From assembly GCA_013115145.1 (NCBI GenBank), contig JAAPAO010000035.1:51624-115623 (forward strand): a stretch of 64,000 bases of DNA. Reading direction: 5' to 3'. Positions 23,420 to 34,571 of the stretch are shown piece by piece. A model generated the notes under the pieces. The model was not told the DNA's origin. It worked only from the letters and a program-made list of their open reading frames with translations, and did no database searches. The stretch comes from Perkinsus chesapeaki ATCC PRA-425 (Eukaryota; Protista; Perkinsozoa). A program made the position numbers and the translations under genes. Every line of letters begins with the position of its first letter. The stretch's first letter is position 1.

Positions 23420-26400
23420 ATGCCGTCAGATTCCACCGCTTTATCGATGGCTGCGGCGTCCTGAAAAGATGGTACGCTATCGATCTGAGGTTGTGGACGA
23501 GAGTGCTCGAAGCGTAGGGTCGTTGGAGTGGGAACCTGTTTTCATCAATTTCTAAGGTACGGCGACAGGATGATAACCGATATGAAAATCACAGTGCAAG
23601 AAGAAGCACTCGCGCTGGCAGGGGATTACTCTGCCGAAGTTTTAAAAGAGAAGACTCCGATACACCAGAGAATCAAAATGGTAGGGGACACCAATTCGAC
23701 AAGGGACACTTTGACCGATTTAGGCTCTTCAATCCGACCAGAACGAGGTGTCATCATCAAGTCAATCGCATCTCGATGGCGACTCCTTCGCGAAGGTCAT
23801 CAACGAACTTGGAGCGTGGTAAGTCCAGATTGGTCAGCAAATTGCTAGGGCTTTATCGTGGTTATATTTGGGTTGTATGCTTCACTTTGTAGACATTTAC
23901 AGTATCTTGATGAGGTGCCCCGCTGGCAGGTGTATCGTACCACAAATAGAGTTCGTGCATCGGTTTGGGAAGAAGGGAGATTCTTGGAGTCGAATGCGGA
24001 CGTCGTTGATACCACTGCTAAAGCAAGTGAAGAACGACCCTGCCTTTCAGAAACGATGCATCCTTTATTTAATTCAACAACACATGTACGAGGCAGCAGC
24101 GAAGAGCAGCGAGAATGAGTTTGATCAGGTTCGAGCAGAGGAACAGGAAGAAGGAGAAGGCAGCTGGGAAAGAGAGGAACCCGGAGAGAAGTACTATGAT
24201 AGAGCCGACCCAAAAGGACGTCGAGATTGCCTGCATCATGGTAAGGCAAATCTGGCGGTTGTGGAATTTGGTACCCTATAAGCTTACTGGGACAATAGGG
24301 AGCATTTGCATATTTTCTACAAAACGCCAAATTAGCAAATGGGGCCTCCAAAAGGTGGCAAGAAGCCAATAATCGTCTCAAGCTTTGTAGGCAATCGATT
24401 ACAGATTATTTGCTATGGCAGTAATCATCTTGAAAATCCCTGAAGTTACAATATTTTTATTCGTCCGTAACCCGAGTTCCGAGTACTCTACTTGCTGTCT
24501 GATGTCAGTTTGATTTTGATATAACAACACTATCGAGCCCCGATGATCCCACCGAATTCCATACAAGAGACGTGGACGAGTTCTATGACAGGCTGAGGCG
24601 GAACTGGATGATGGAGATGATCGGCTGTCACCATATGACAGCGGAAGACATCCTAGATTTTTTCGGTAAAGCTTCGCGGAATAAGTTTTCCGAAAAAATG
24701 GTGTAGGTGATGATGACAGGCTTCTGAGAGGAGCCTTCAATAAGTATGGACTCAACGGTGACGCGGCGTCACAGGCGATACTGTTGTTGGGGAACTCGGA
24801 GCTTCGAAGAGTGATGGGAAAAGAGGTCGCCATCAGTCCTGTAAGTTGTGTTTTGCTTATACGATGGAGGTGGAATAATTGGTAGGCTCTCGAATACTAC
24901 CTTTCTATCATGAAGTATGGCTGCGGGGATCCGGGGAATTACCAGGACGTTTTCGGGCCAATCAGCGAGGACTGTGACGAGGAAAACGATAAGTACTTTT
25001 GGTTACCGATGTACATCGACCCGCCAGGTGAGACTCATGGATCTTCTGACCAAGTCGGGAAACGCTCAAAATTCTCGAGACCTTTTCTGACCAGGAGTGT
25101 ATCCCCTATAGTGATTACTAGCTCCTCCCCGTACGTTTTCGACCATTCTTCGAGGCCTTAAGATCACCAATGGCGAACTGACTGGCGCTCTAAAGACAGT
25201 GATGAGTAACTTTACTCAAGTTGTTGCCCGAATGTCCGCTGAGTAATGGGAATAGTGTCCTTGATCTCTCAGGTGTGGACATGTTTGATCTCACTTCTCC
25301 TGATTCGTATGCTGTTCACATGATAGAGACCATCGATAAGCTGAAGGACCTCGAAGATATCCTCACCACTTTCCAGCCAGGCGAGGTCAGCTTCTCTCGG
25401 TGTGAATAGCTGAATGTCTTGCTGCCTCAGCCGTCCTATCGGTCCATCACATTTGACGTGTTCTTCCGTTGCGACATATCCCTCTACTTGGAGCGCCCGT
25501 CCCCGGCCATCATTGCCATAGCCACACCCACCAAAGTGTACGGTAGATGTTCTTGCATTTTCGGTTAGCTATGTTCAGGTTCCTTATTATGGTCAGCAGA
25601 ATTATCAGCACAGATCAGTCGTTCAACGGCGCAGCTGCGCCAAGTGCCCTTCGGCACTTTCTCACATCGGTCCTTTGCCACCCGAATATCCTTAAAGTTG
25701 TCTATGGCATCAACGCGGCCAACTATGCTAAGCTGGTGGTGCTGCAGCACGTGTTGGTCGACGATAGATACAGCGAGGAGGTCCGTAGAGGAGGAGTTGT
25801 CATCCAACCTCTGTTCGATCTCAGTGAGGGTTACCCGAGGCCCTTCGTGGCCGAGGTGCAGGAAAATCTTGCTGGAAGTAGGCTGTAGACGGGCTGTAGA
25901 CGTATCGTATATCCGTAGCGCCTGGAAGTGTTGTACGTGATAGTACAAGGTTCAAATATATCACTACCCGACTCCAGCAATGATCGTATACAATACACTC
26001 GCCGGATCAACACGAAGATGACGAAAATTGTGAATTGAGATAAGATCATTTCTGCTACTAGTTTAGGTGGCTGAGATATCTCCAAGTTGATGCACAAGTT
26101 ATTGGATTTATTACGTCTTGTCCTTTTCCAACCTCAGTGCGCTTGTGCATGGCCGAGGAGTTGAGCAATTGGGACAAGCAGCCCTACCTCCGGTACTCTC
26201 AACTACACTATGCAGCTTCGAGGGTGTGGCTTATGTACATGGTAAGGACATCGCTATATAGCCTACCTTTTGAAAGATTAGCCATTTTAGCTTTACCTCA
26301 CTGTACCTTATGAACGTGTAGAGACAAAGCATTTTCGGAAGATCGACACCGCTGATGCCTACATGTACGGCTGTAAGTCCGACTTCTGCGCTCCGGCCGA

Positions 26401-27075
26401 GTAGAGGGATTTTGCCTCCAGATGAGTCCCGTGGGTATAATCGGGGCCCTGACATCGTTAAGCGGGCTGACCTCGATGATGGTGTCACCTCTGCGACCTG
26501 GATGCGTCACGAACGGGATGAGCTAAGACAGTGCAGAAAGCGGTGAGCGAGCAGTTTGGGTTCGGCAAGCTAAGGCGACTGAGACATTCGAAAGATTTCA
26601 CCTTCGACCATGTGAAAGTCGAACGGGGTACATGTGGCCGATTGATCATATTCAACTATCAATTCGAACTTTGTGTACTCCCCAGTTTGAGAGCTGGATA
26701 GCTCGTCACGTGATATTCAAGGATTTGTTGAGCTTTGTCCCGGCCACGTAAAAGTGATGAATTTCGCTGAACCGTAGTAGGCGACGCAACTCGACGCTAC
26801 TTCCTCGTGGGATATTTCTTCTCTAATTGCGCGCATCAAGAACGGTAGCACGCGCTCAGGTATGACAGCATGCGAATGGATAGGATCAAAGAGAACCGTG
26901 AAAGGTGGGAAGAAGATGAGAAGGTTCTCCGAGGTGAAGACTTTTTCGAAGCCTCCGACATGGACAACAGCAATCGGGTAGGTGTCCTCCTTGACTGTGT
27001 GATGATGTATATGGCTGCTTCCAATTCCAGATGCCACCTGCTAGGGGACCTCTGCCGACTCTCATACGTCTAGGC
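23420..27075 (+). CDS. Multi-exon protein with a degenerate DEDDy (EXD/WRN-like) 3'-5' exonuclease domain
   Basis: Spliced segments SITFDVFF...PAIIAIATPTKVY, LTSVLCHPNILKVVYG and LSNWDKQPYLRYSQLHYAASR follow the Exo I/II/III layout. Ends are approximate. Confidence 0.65.
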
Positions 27076-27184
27076 TGATAAGCCAATTGCTTCTACTAAT
27101 ACTGGTGTTTCTATCTGTGCTAGTGTCGTCTTCCCCTCTTGCTGTATCACCCGGTCGCCAGAATTTGTTAAATGCTCTGCAACG

Positions 27185-30100
27185 ATGTTCAAAGCTGTCA
27201 CGCTCTCTTCTACAGCAGCAGCTTTGGGTTCACCTCTACGTGCATCAGCCATGGTCCGAATACCCACCTTCATGCCGGCTTCGACTAAAGTGCGTAAACG
27301 ACTAAGGAATGATCAGTGCTAGGGCGTCGTGATTCTGCTAGATTGTCCCGGTTGCGTGGTCTCGTGTCTCTTATGCACGCTCGTTCTCCTCCTCCTCGGC
27401 GGGCCAGCCTAAAGAGAAGGAGTTGTTGAAGGGCATTCCTAAGAACGTAGTTGACGAGAAAACCGGCTCGAGTAAGCCGGCTACGTTGAGCACGATCTTG
27501 AAGAAGAAAGAGACCCGAGAGGAAAGCTGGGAGATAATGAAGTATATGAGCAAGTTTGTGTGGCCCGAGAATCCGTAAGATATCCTACCTCTCCTAGTTG
27601 TGCTTTTTATACAGTAATGTTCACATGGTATTCCTTAGTGAAAGATCTTGTTTCAGACAGTATCTTCTATTTCGAGGTATAACATAGCACTATTCCCCCT
27701 GGTGCTTTTGAATAGTTTTCTGGTCGATGAAGATTTGTTGTCTGTTTCCTCAGGGCCTTTCGTATCCGTGTACTAGGCTCAGCAGCATGCATCGTGTTAG
27801 CCAAGTTGGCTACTATTCAAGCCCCAATACAGCTCGGTGTAGCCATCAAATGATATGTGTGAATTTTGACCATGTCTTCCTCAGGCCTTGATAAACTCCT
27901 TGTCGGTCCCTGTCACTGCAGTCACCACACCTTTGTTGCTCCTATCCTCATTCGTTCTCGCCAAGATCTGCCAGTCAGCTTTCACAGAGCTCAGAGGCAT
28001 CATTTTCTCGAATGTCTCCCAGGATGCCTGCCGACGTGAGATAACAACCAGTTGACTTCGCTGCATGCGAGGGTGCTTCAGGAATCGCTCGGAAGGCCTT
28101 TGAGCACGTTCACACGCTCGACATCAGTTTTCTCATTGGCTCTCGTAGCGGCGAGGTTCAGGCTATCATCTCGAGATCTCTCCGATCGGTGACGAGTATG
28201 CTCAATATGATGCTTTTCAACGTAATGGAGGTTGTTCCCTGAATCTACTGTATGCTTTCCTTTGTCTAGATGATACCAACAGCGCTGGAGTTCTCCTTGG
28301 TTCTATGGGTAAGACCAGCTTGGAATGTAGACAGGCTATTGTGTCGCGGCAGATTCTCGCAACTCATGCCGGAATCCCCGCGGCTTTGATAACGTCGGCG
28401 ACGATGGCGGCCTATGTTGGCTTCACCACGTAAATTCGTATGCATTCAAGCCTTTGCGAGCTTCACTTTTGCCAGACACTACACGACCAAGCGGAACGAG
28501 TACCGTAGAAAGATGAATGTGAGCACCGGAATATCTGGGGCTTAGTGGCGAGAGCTGGATGTCTGGTCAGATGGCAGAAAACGAAGCCAACGCGCGGCTG
28601 CTAGATTCTGTCATCAATGCCGAGTCTGTGAGATTCTTCGCCAATGAAAAGAGAGAAACGGAACTCTATGACGAGTCCCTGGCTAAATACGAGTAAGGGA
28701 GGGGTCGAGGCATTCCTTCTTTTCACGTCTTTCTCCGATAAAAGGAACATAACTAACGGCAACTCACCCTACCAAATGCAATGTAGCCACATCCAGTCAC
28801 TAGACTACTCAACACTTTGCAATGTACAGCACAACAACAAAAGCGTAATGAATTCGATAGATATTGGGAAGTGTGGAAGTGATAAAAAGGCGGAGTGATC
28901 TTGTGGGAAGGTGAATCTAATAAAACAGTTTCTATCCAAGGTCATGCAGCACTCACTGTTACAGTTTCCGTATTCCTATCCGATGCGATGTAGATCGACG
29001 GTGAATCTTTCTTGCGAATTTTCAATGGGAAATGACAGTTCCAAGTTACCCGGGGTAGAACTTGAAGTACTCATCCCCAAGTCCTCGAGCTTCAGTTGTT
29101 TGCCAAATAGTTCCCGCACTTCACCTGGCTTTGAATCTAGAAGAAGCGTTTTCCCTGATGCGGACTCTCTTGCGCCTATAACAGGAAGAAATATGTTCTC
29201 ACGGCCGACCGAAAAAAACTTGAGAGATATTTTTCTCTCCCACATGTGACCCCTGAAGATGTCAACCTCGATTCTATCAGGGGAGTAGTCTGGGCTGGCA
29301 TAGCGGCCATCTGGTATAGGTCCGACATGAGGTTGATGTGATTCGGCAGATCCGCTCATGATAGAGGGTGACGTTTTCTGTATAGGACTTCCCCGTCCCC
29401 GCTTAATATCCTTTTCTGCCACCGGGGAATCCATCTGCCTCTTTCTTTTGCGAGTAAAAGTTAACTGTTTTGGTTTGGACTCTGCTGCCTTCTGGACAGT
29501 GGTGTGGGGCTCTGGTCCTCTAGGGGAGTCGAGCTTCTTTAACGGTAGGTTCTTCTCCCATTCCATAAATCTTTTGTTATTGTCTCGCTTCGGCTCAAGT
29601 TTCAATTCCAGTCCACTGGTTGTTGTACATATGTCCAAATAACTAGTAGAATGAGAATCACTCTTAACACCGAAATGTTGCAATATCCTCTTTAACCATG
29701 GGCTTGTTCTATGGAAGTAGAAGCAGTCTTGTACAGCACGTGCCTTCATTATTGTTTTTTTTTGCGCGCTTTACCAAAAGGACGGCTTTTGTTGCTGTAT
29801 CGGGTGGTGCATCATTCTCACTCGGCAACAACCTTAGTATGCCAGCCTGACCCTCTGGCTTGGGTATAACTTCAAGCTCATAACTAGGGGTAGTACTCGT
29901 CCGGTAAATGCCTGAAGGTAATTCGGACTCTCCTACTAATTGTCTGGTATAATATTCCTTGTCATTATCATCTTTTCCCACACCTTCAGCCGATGACGCT
30001 TCTACAAGGTGAAGCTCCGAGAATACACTTGACAGAGCAAGAATAAGAGTGCAGATCTTCATGTTACTAAATGAAGGATAACCGATTCTGATGAATAGAC

Positions 30101-32243
30101 ATCAAACAGCTCATAGTCCGACCATGATGGCCGTGAAGGGGCCTCACAATTTCTATAGAATGTTTGACAACAAGTCCGAGGTAGAAAGGAAATGACATGT
30201 CCCGAAATTGCAAGAGGATCTTGCTCTCTCTCCCTCTCTTCCTCTCGATCGCGGAAAATTGTCATTTCGAGACATCCTATCAGACGGGAAAAACGGCATA
30301 TCTCTGTATCGTAACCACAGTTGGACGTGAACAATCACTATTGGTTTTGTGTCACACAGCAACTATCGCGCGTAGATAGGGATCTTAAGATAAGGCCACC
30401 CGGCTCGGTGGCGCACGCCCGTGACCGTATCACTGCTTACTTCGTAGTACGGTTACGGTATGCGCCGTAACACCGTAGTCGTTACGACTCGACGCCGTAG
30501 CGTTATTTTGGCCCGTCTCTAGTCAACAATGCTTTCTGTTCAGGAAGGAGAACATCCGGGTTCTCAAGTCTCTGGGGAGGCTCAATTTCGGCCAGCAGCT
30601 CATCTACAATAGCGGCCTTTTTGCCACCTTGTTCTTAGCCCTTAACCAGTGTGTAGCCGGAACTCTACCGGTCGGTGACCTTGTCATGATAAGTAGGCAT
30701 CACTGTCGTTCAGCTCACATAACCTCTTGCTGCAGACACATTACTGATGCAGCTATCGAGCCCGTTGAATATGATAGGCATGGTTTATCGTGAGACGACG
30801 ATGAGCTTGGTGGACATGAGTAAGCTTCATGCCCTAATGAGAGTTCAGCCATCGATCAAGGATGCCCCAGATGCTAAGGATCTGGTAGGTTTGGAAGTTC
30901 TGGAAGGGTTTCGGAGAGTAGAGAATATCCGTAGGTATCCAATATCCTCAACAGGGCACTGCCATTTCTTAGAATGTGAAGTGTACTCTTTAAAGCTGAG
31001 TGAGGGGAAAATTGACCTGAATTTTTGTGAAATTTTCGAGAAAAAAGATCTTGTCTGCCAACAAGTTCACTCGACCGCAATACTATATTCCGACACTGTA
31101 TGCTGGCTCTTGTTACAGGTGCTCAAGGGCGGACAAGTTTCTATAAAGGATCTTAGCTTCGACTATGGTTCGGATTCTCGGAAGATTCTTGACGGTTTCT
31201 CTCTCGACATCCCAGCCGGCCACAGAGTGGCAATAGTTGGTTCGTCTGGTGAGCAGCAGCATCTTCACGAGTAGCTTCGTCGACAAGACTTACCGTCTGT
31301 CTAGGCGCTGGAAAATCGACGGTGCTTCGATTGCTCCTCCGTATGTACGCCCCTACCTGCGGGTCCATAAGCATAGACGGGCAACCAATCGACAAGGTTA
31401 CTCTTTCGTCGTTGAGGAAGAACATTGGTACCGTTTGTTAGTGGATTCGCTTCTAGGGTATAGCAAACTGTTTATTAGGAATCGTCCCACAAGATTGCTC
31501 TCTGTTCCACGACACTGTCTTTAATAATATCCTTTATGGCCGATTGGATGCCACCGAAGAGGAAGTCGTCGCTGCAGCCAAACTGGCCGAGATTCACGAC
31601 ACCATTATGAACTTCCCTAGAGGGTGAGCCGATCATTTTGGGGTGTTGCAGTAAGACGCTTCTGCTGGTAGGTACCAAACGCTTGTCGGCGAAAGAGGTC
31701 TCAAGCTGAGCGGCGGGGAGCGACAGCGAATTGGTATCGCCAGATGCCTGCTGAAGAACCCAGAGCTGGTAGGCTCGATTTTCTGCGGCGAACGAAAGTA
31801 GCGATTGTTTAAGGTTCTATTCGATGAAGCAACATCAGCATTGGACTCGGAGACCGAGCAGAATATTCTGAAGGGATTCGAGCAGCTTACGGCATCGAGA
31901 ACTTCCCTTATTGTGGCGCACAGACTGTCTACCGTGAGTCTATATCTCCAGATAGCGTTTGCTACTGTCCTCCTTCAGGTCATGAATTGCGATACGATAT
32001 GTGTTCTAGATGAGGGCAAGGTTGCAGAGAAGGGCTCACATAAAGAGCTTATGAACATAGAAAACGGAAAGTAAGTGTCAGTGGAGTTGGTGCCTTATGG
32101 TGCACGGTCTTACCAAACCAAATGCAATCAGGTATCGTCAACTTTGGGAGCGTCAGTTCCTCGTTGATGAGGCGGAATCCATAGGCGAGTCCCTAAAGAA
32201 CGAAGATGACGCTGGCGCCTCCTCCTCTACCACGACTGCCTGA
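27185..32243 (+). CDS. ATM1: Mitochondrial ABC half-transporter ATM1/ABCB7, multi-exon
   Basis: Presequence-like [25 protein letters not shown], then [53 protein letters not shown], Walker A GSSG|[17 protein letters not shown], signature [13 protein letters not shown], Walker [12 protein letters not shown] and IVAHRLST. Confidence 0.96.
28976..30062 (-). CDS. Secreted orphan protein nested antisense in ATM1 intron 28693-30543, split by a 1-nt frameshift at an A9 run
   Basis: Signal peptide [22 protein letters not shown]. ORFs 29709-30062 and 28976-29749 join into one 361-aa frame if the T9 run at 29755-29763 (+ strand) loses one base. Basic RKRKR...KRGRG linker. Confidence 0.8.
30383..30522 (+). 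mobile_element. Candidate 140-bp non-autonomous Helitron-like insertion
   Basis: Begins TC after an A and ends CTAG before a T. GACGC-cgta-GCGTT hairpin lies 14 nt before the CTAG. It appears absent from the paralogous intron end near 21410. Confidence 0.4.
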
Positions 32244-33612
32244 TCATTTGCGACTTGTTTCTTTGTTAAGGCTGTCCCTATTCACATTGTGCAAAGTTTC
32301 GTACATTGAAAGATGCATGTCGCTGCTGTGTTATGGATATGGTGCCTTTCCCTGTGTAGCGGCGCTAGCTTCGCTTCGTTGTTAACCGGAGCCGTTCATG
32401 GTTATCGGTGCTGACTTTGAGTCGTTTTGTGTCCTGCGATCGCCGCTGTGTTCAAGCTTCCAATTCCCTCCTCAGTGTTCCGGGGATCGCCGTCACATAC
32501 ACTGCGCGTCAACTTCTTATCAACTCGTGTTTTTTAAGGGTTTAAGAACAACTAAGGTGTACTCATCAACGATTACCTCAAGGATATGTTCCCTAGTCAA
32601 AATAAGTATATCCTCCAAGTTTCAGAGCCAAACTCCCTGTCAGTAGTGAGTAATTAAAAGAATTGTGCAAAATCGGTGCAACACATTCTTAGAAATTACA
32701 GCTTGAAAATGCACGCAAAATTCAAATAATTCAGACCTAATCACATACACCATTGGAAAGCTTTCTTCACTATATGACATCAGTTTCGTAGTCTACCTGT
32801 GATCGCGGTATATCTATAGATAGTGTAGCCGTGAACGTCTTCCGTCTGGGGCAGCAGCCGGCAGTTGCGCCCCACATAGCGTGCGGCCCTGCGCCTGCTG
32901 TCTACCCCTGCCCCTCCTGTTTGTTGAAGACCTCGAGATATCGAGTTTGACCTCAGGAGTCCTAGCGACCGCGTTGAGTCGTTAGTGGTTGTTCTTTTGT
33001 TGTTATCTGCTTATTGATGGCTCGTGCATTCGACACCCCGTTTTCCTTTAGTAAGGCCCTTTGTCCACAGGCGCTATGCGCCGCTCCATGGCCGCCCTGC
33101 GCCGAGCTTAGGCGATGCGATCTCGTGTATAAGAACACTCTGTAATCATTCATAGCTCGGGTAGTTATAGGCGCTGTGTTTGATATCTGTGCTCGCATTA
33201 GCCATTATCTCCCCTAGTGCCTAATGAGTAACCAAAACATCCCCGAAGTGTTAGAGTTGTCACTGGGAAGACTCGGTATAGAGCCACGAGAAGCTGCACA
33301 TCGAGCATGCGTCTTCCTCTTCTTATTAGAAATAATCCTTCATGGAACCCCTACGGGATGGTTTCGCCTCGACAAGGCCGGCGCGCGTGGTTAAAAAGAA
33401 ACCGTCGGCGTAGCGGAAGCCTTCGCTCGCCTAAGATTCGTTTGCTGCGTTTCCGATCGTCGTGTCCTCGCGAATAAAGCCCCGGAACTATATCGGACTT
33501 TTGAAAGTGTGAGCGTCAGGCTTGGGAGATAATTTCTCCTAGTGGACCCTAAGCCGGTACTCCTTAGCAATTTTGTGTGTTTTAAGAGCCAGCCTCCTCC
33601 CAGGCTTCCCCA

Positions 33613-34405
33613 ATGCTTCACCGTTCAATTATCGGCGCTCTACTCGCCGTGGCAGCCTTTGCCGTAAGATTGCTAGGTTGCTGTTGTTCTCTCAGCGACT
33701 TGTTGCTTTTAGAGGAGAGCGGAGATTCAGACCTGCAGTGGCTGACGTTTGAACAAGATACGCGGGGTCCGCACGTAAGCAGGTTCGGTGTCTCCCGCGG
33801 GCTCTATTTCTCGGGAAAGGGAAACAGTCCACGCTGGGCACATTTGCCTCCCCTTTCCCTTCTCTATATCTTATCGATATCTCGTACCGATGCCCTATCT
33901 ATCCCCGTAACTATATCGTACATCGCCGATCTATAACTCTTTACTAGATCCCCGCCAGCAGAGTAGGGCGTTTCACCTCCATGGTCTCGCCGATCCGAAG
34001 CCCTGAACATGCTTCTGGGGAGTTAATAGACTGGGTTTGGCAGATTCGTGAAGTCCCCGGGTCACGTAGATCAATACGAAGACGTGACCGTTAATTTTAT
34101 CCCGGGCAGGCCACCGGAGCTTGTCATTTTTGATGACGATGACCATGAGGTGGAAAGAGTAGGTTAACCGTCACGGCAGGTTCAGATGCATCGAACCATT
34201 GCAGGTGGATCTGTCGCATTTTGTTAACGAGGCAGATGTGGACAAGGTGCACGAGATAGTGCAGTCGAAGGGCTTCAAGAAGAAGAAGGGTGCCTCTACG
34301 GAGGAGGGTAAGTAACGCAATTGGTGTTAGCAGCTAGTGTCTGTCCCTTCAGATGAAGAGGGCCCCTTCGCCGAGTCAGCCCCGGTGACAGAAAACGAGC
34401 TATAG
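33613..34405 (+). CDS. SELENOM: Selenoprotein M (SelM/Sep15 thioredoxin-like family), 127 aa with Sec encoded by UGA at 33743-33745
   Basis: Exons 33613-33663, 33713-33774, 34044-34158, 34205-34307 and 34353-34405 total 384 nt, all GT-AG. Product: MLHRSIIGALLAVAAFA-RRAEIQTCSGURLNKIRGVRTFVKSPGHVDQYEDVTVNFIPGRPPELVIFDDDDHEVERVDLSH...GFKKKK...ENEL. It has the CxxU motif, the PG.PPEL motif, a signal peptide and an ER-retention-like end. Confidence 0.93.
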
Positions 34406-34431
34406 GCCCAGGGTCACTGCGGGGAGTGTTG

Positions 34432-34496
34432 GTGGGACGAATGAATCCTACCCTATTAATTCTGATGAATGTGGGTTATGGATGATATGTTTCCAC
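34432..34496 (+). promoter_or_regulatory. Eukaryotic SECIS element (type II-like) in the SelM 3' UTR
   Basis: Helix I GTGGGA/TTCCAC; core ATGA (34441-44) with GA (34484-85); helix II ATCCTACCC/GGGTTATGGAT with bulges; apical AA (34458-59); mini-stem TTC-tgat-GAA. Confidence 0.85.
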
Positions 34497-34571
34497 TTTC
34501 ACTGTACCGCCGCTGCTGACGCTGATAAGCCAGCCGTTTTTTTAAGTCACTGTGTTGTGTTGCTTAGTTGA

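Noticed and set aside
27070-27305. Separate small ORFs at 27070-27273 (-) and 27087-27305 (+)
   Set aside because: The region is explained by the first ATM1 exon in another frame (MFKAVTLSS... from 27185).
30492-30512. CCGTAGCGTTATTTTGGC resembling a dinoflagellate/perkinsid spliced-leader relic
   Set aside because: The match is gapped, lacks the CTCAAG end, and lies on the opposite strand to the nested gene.
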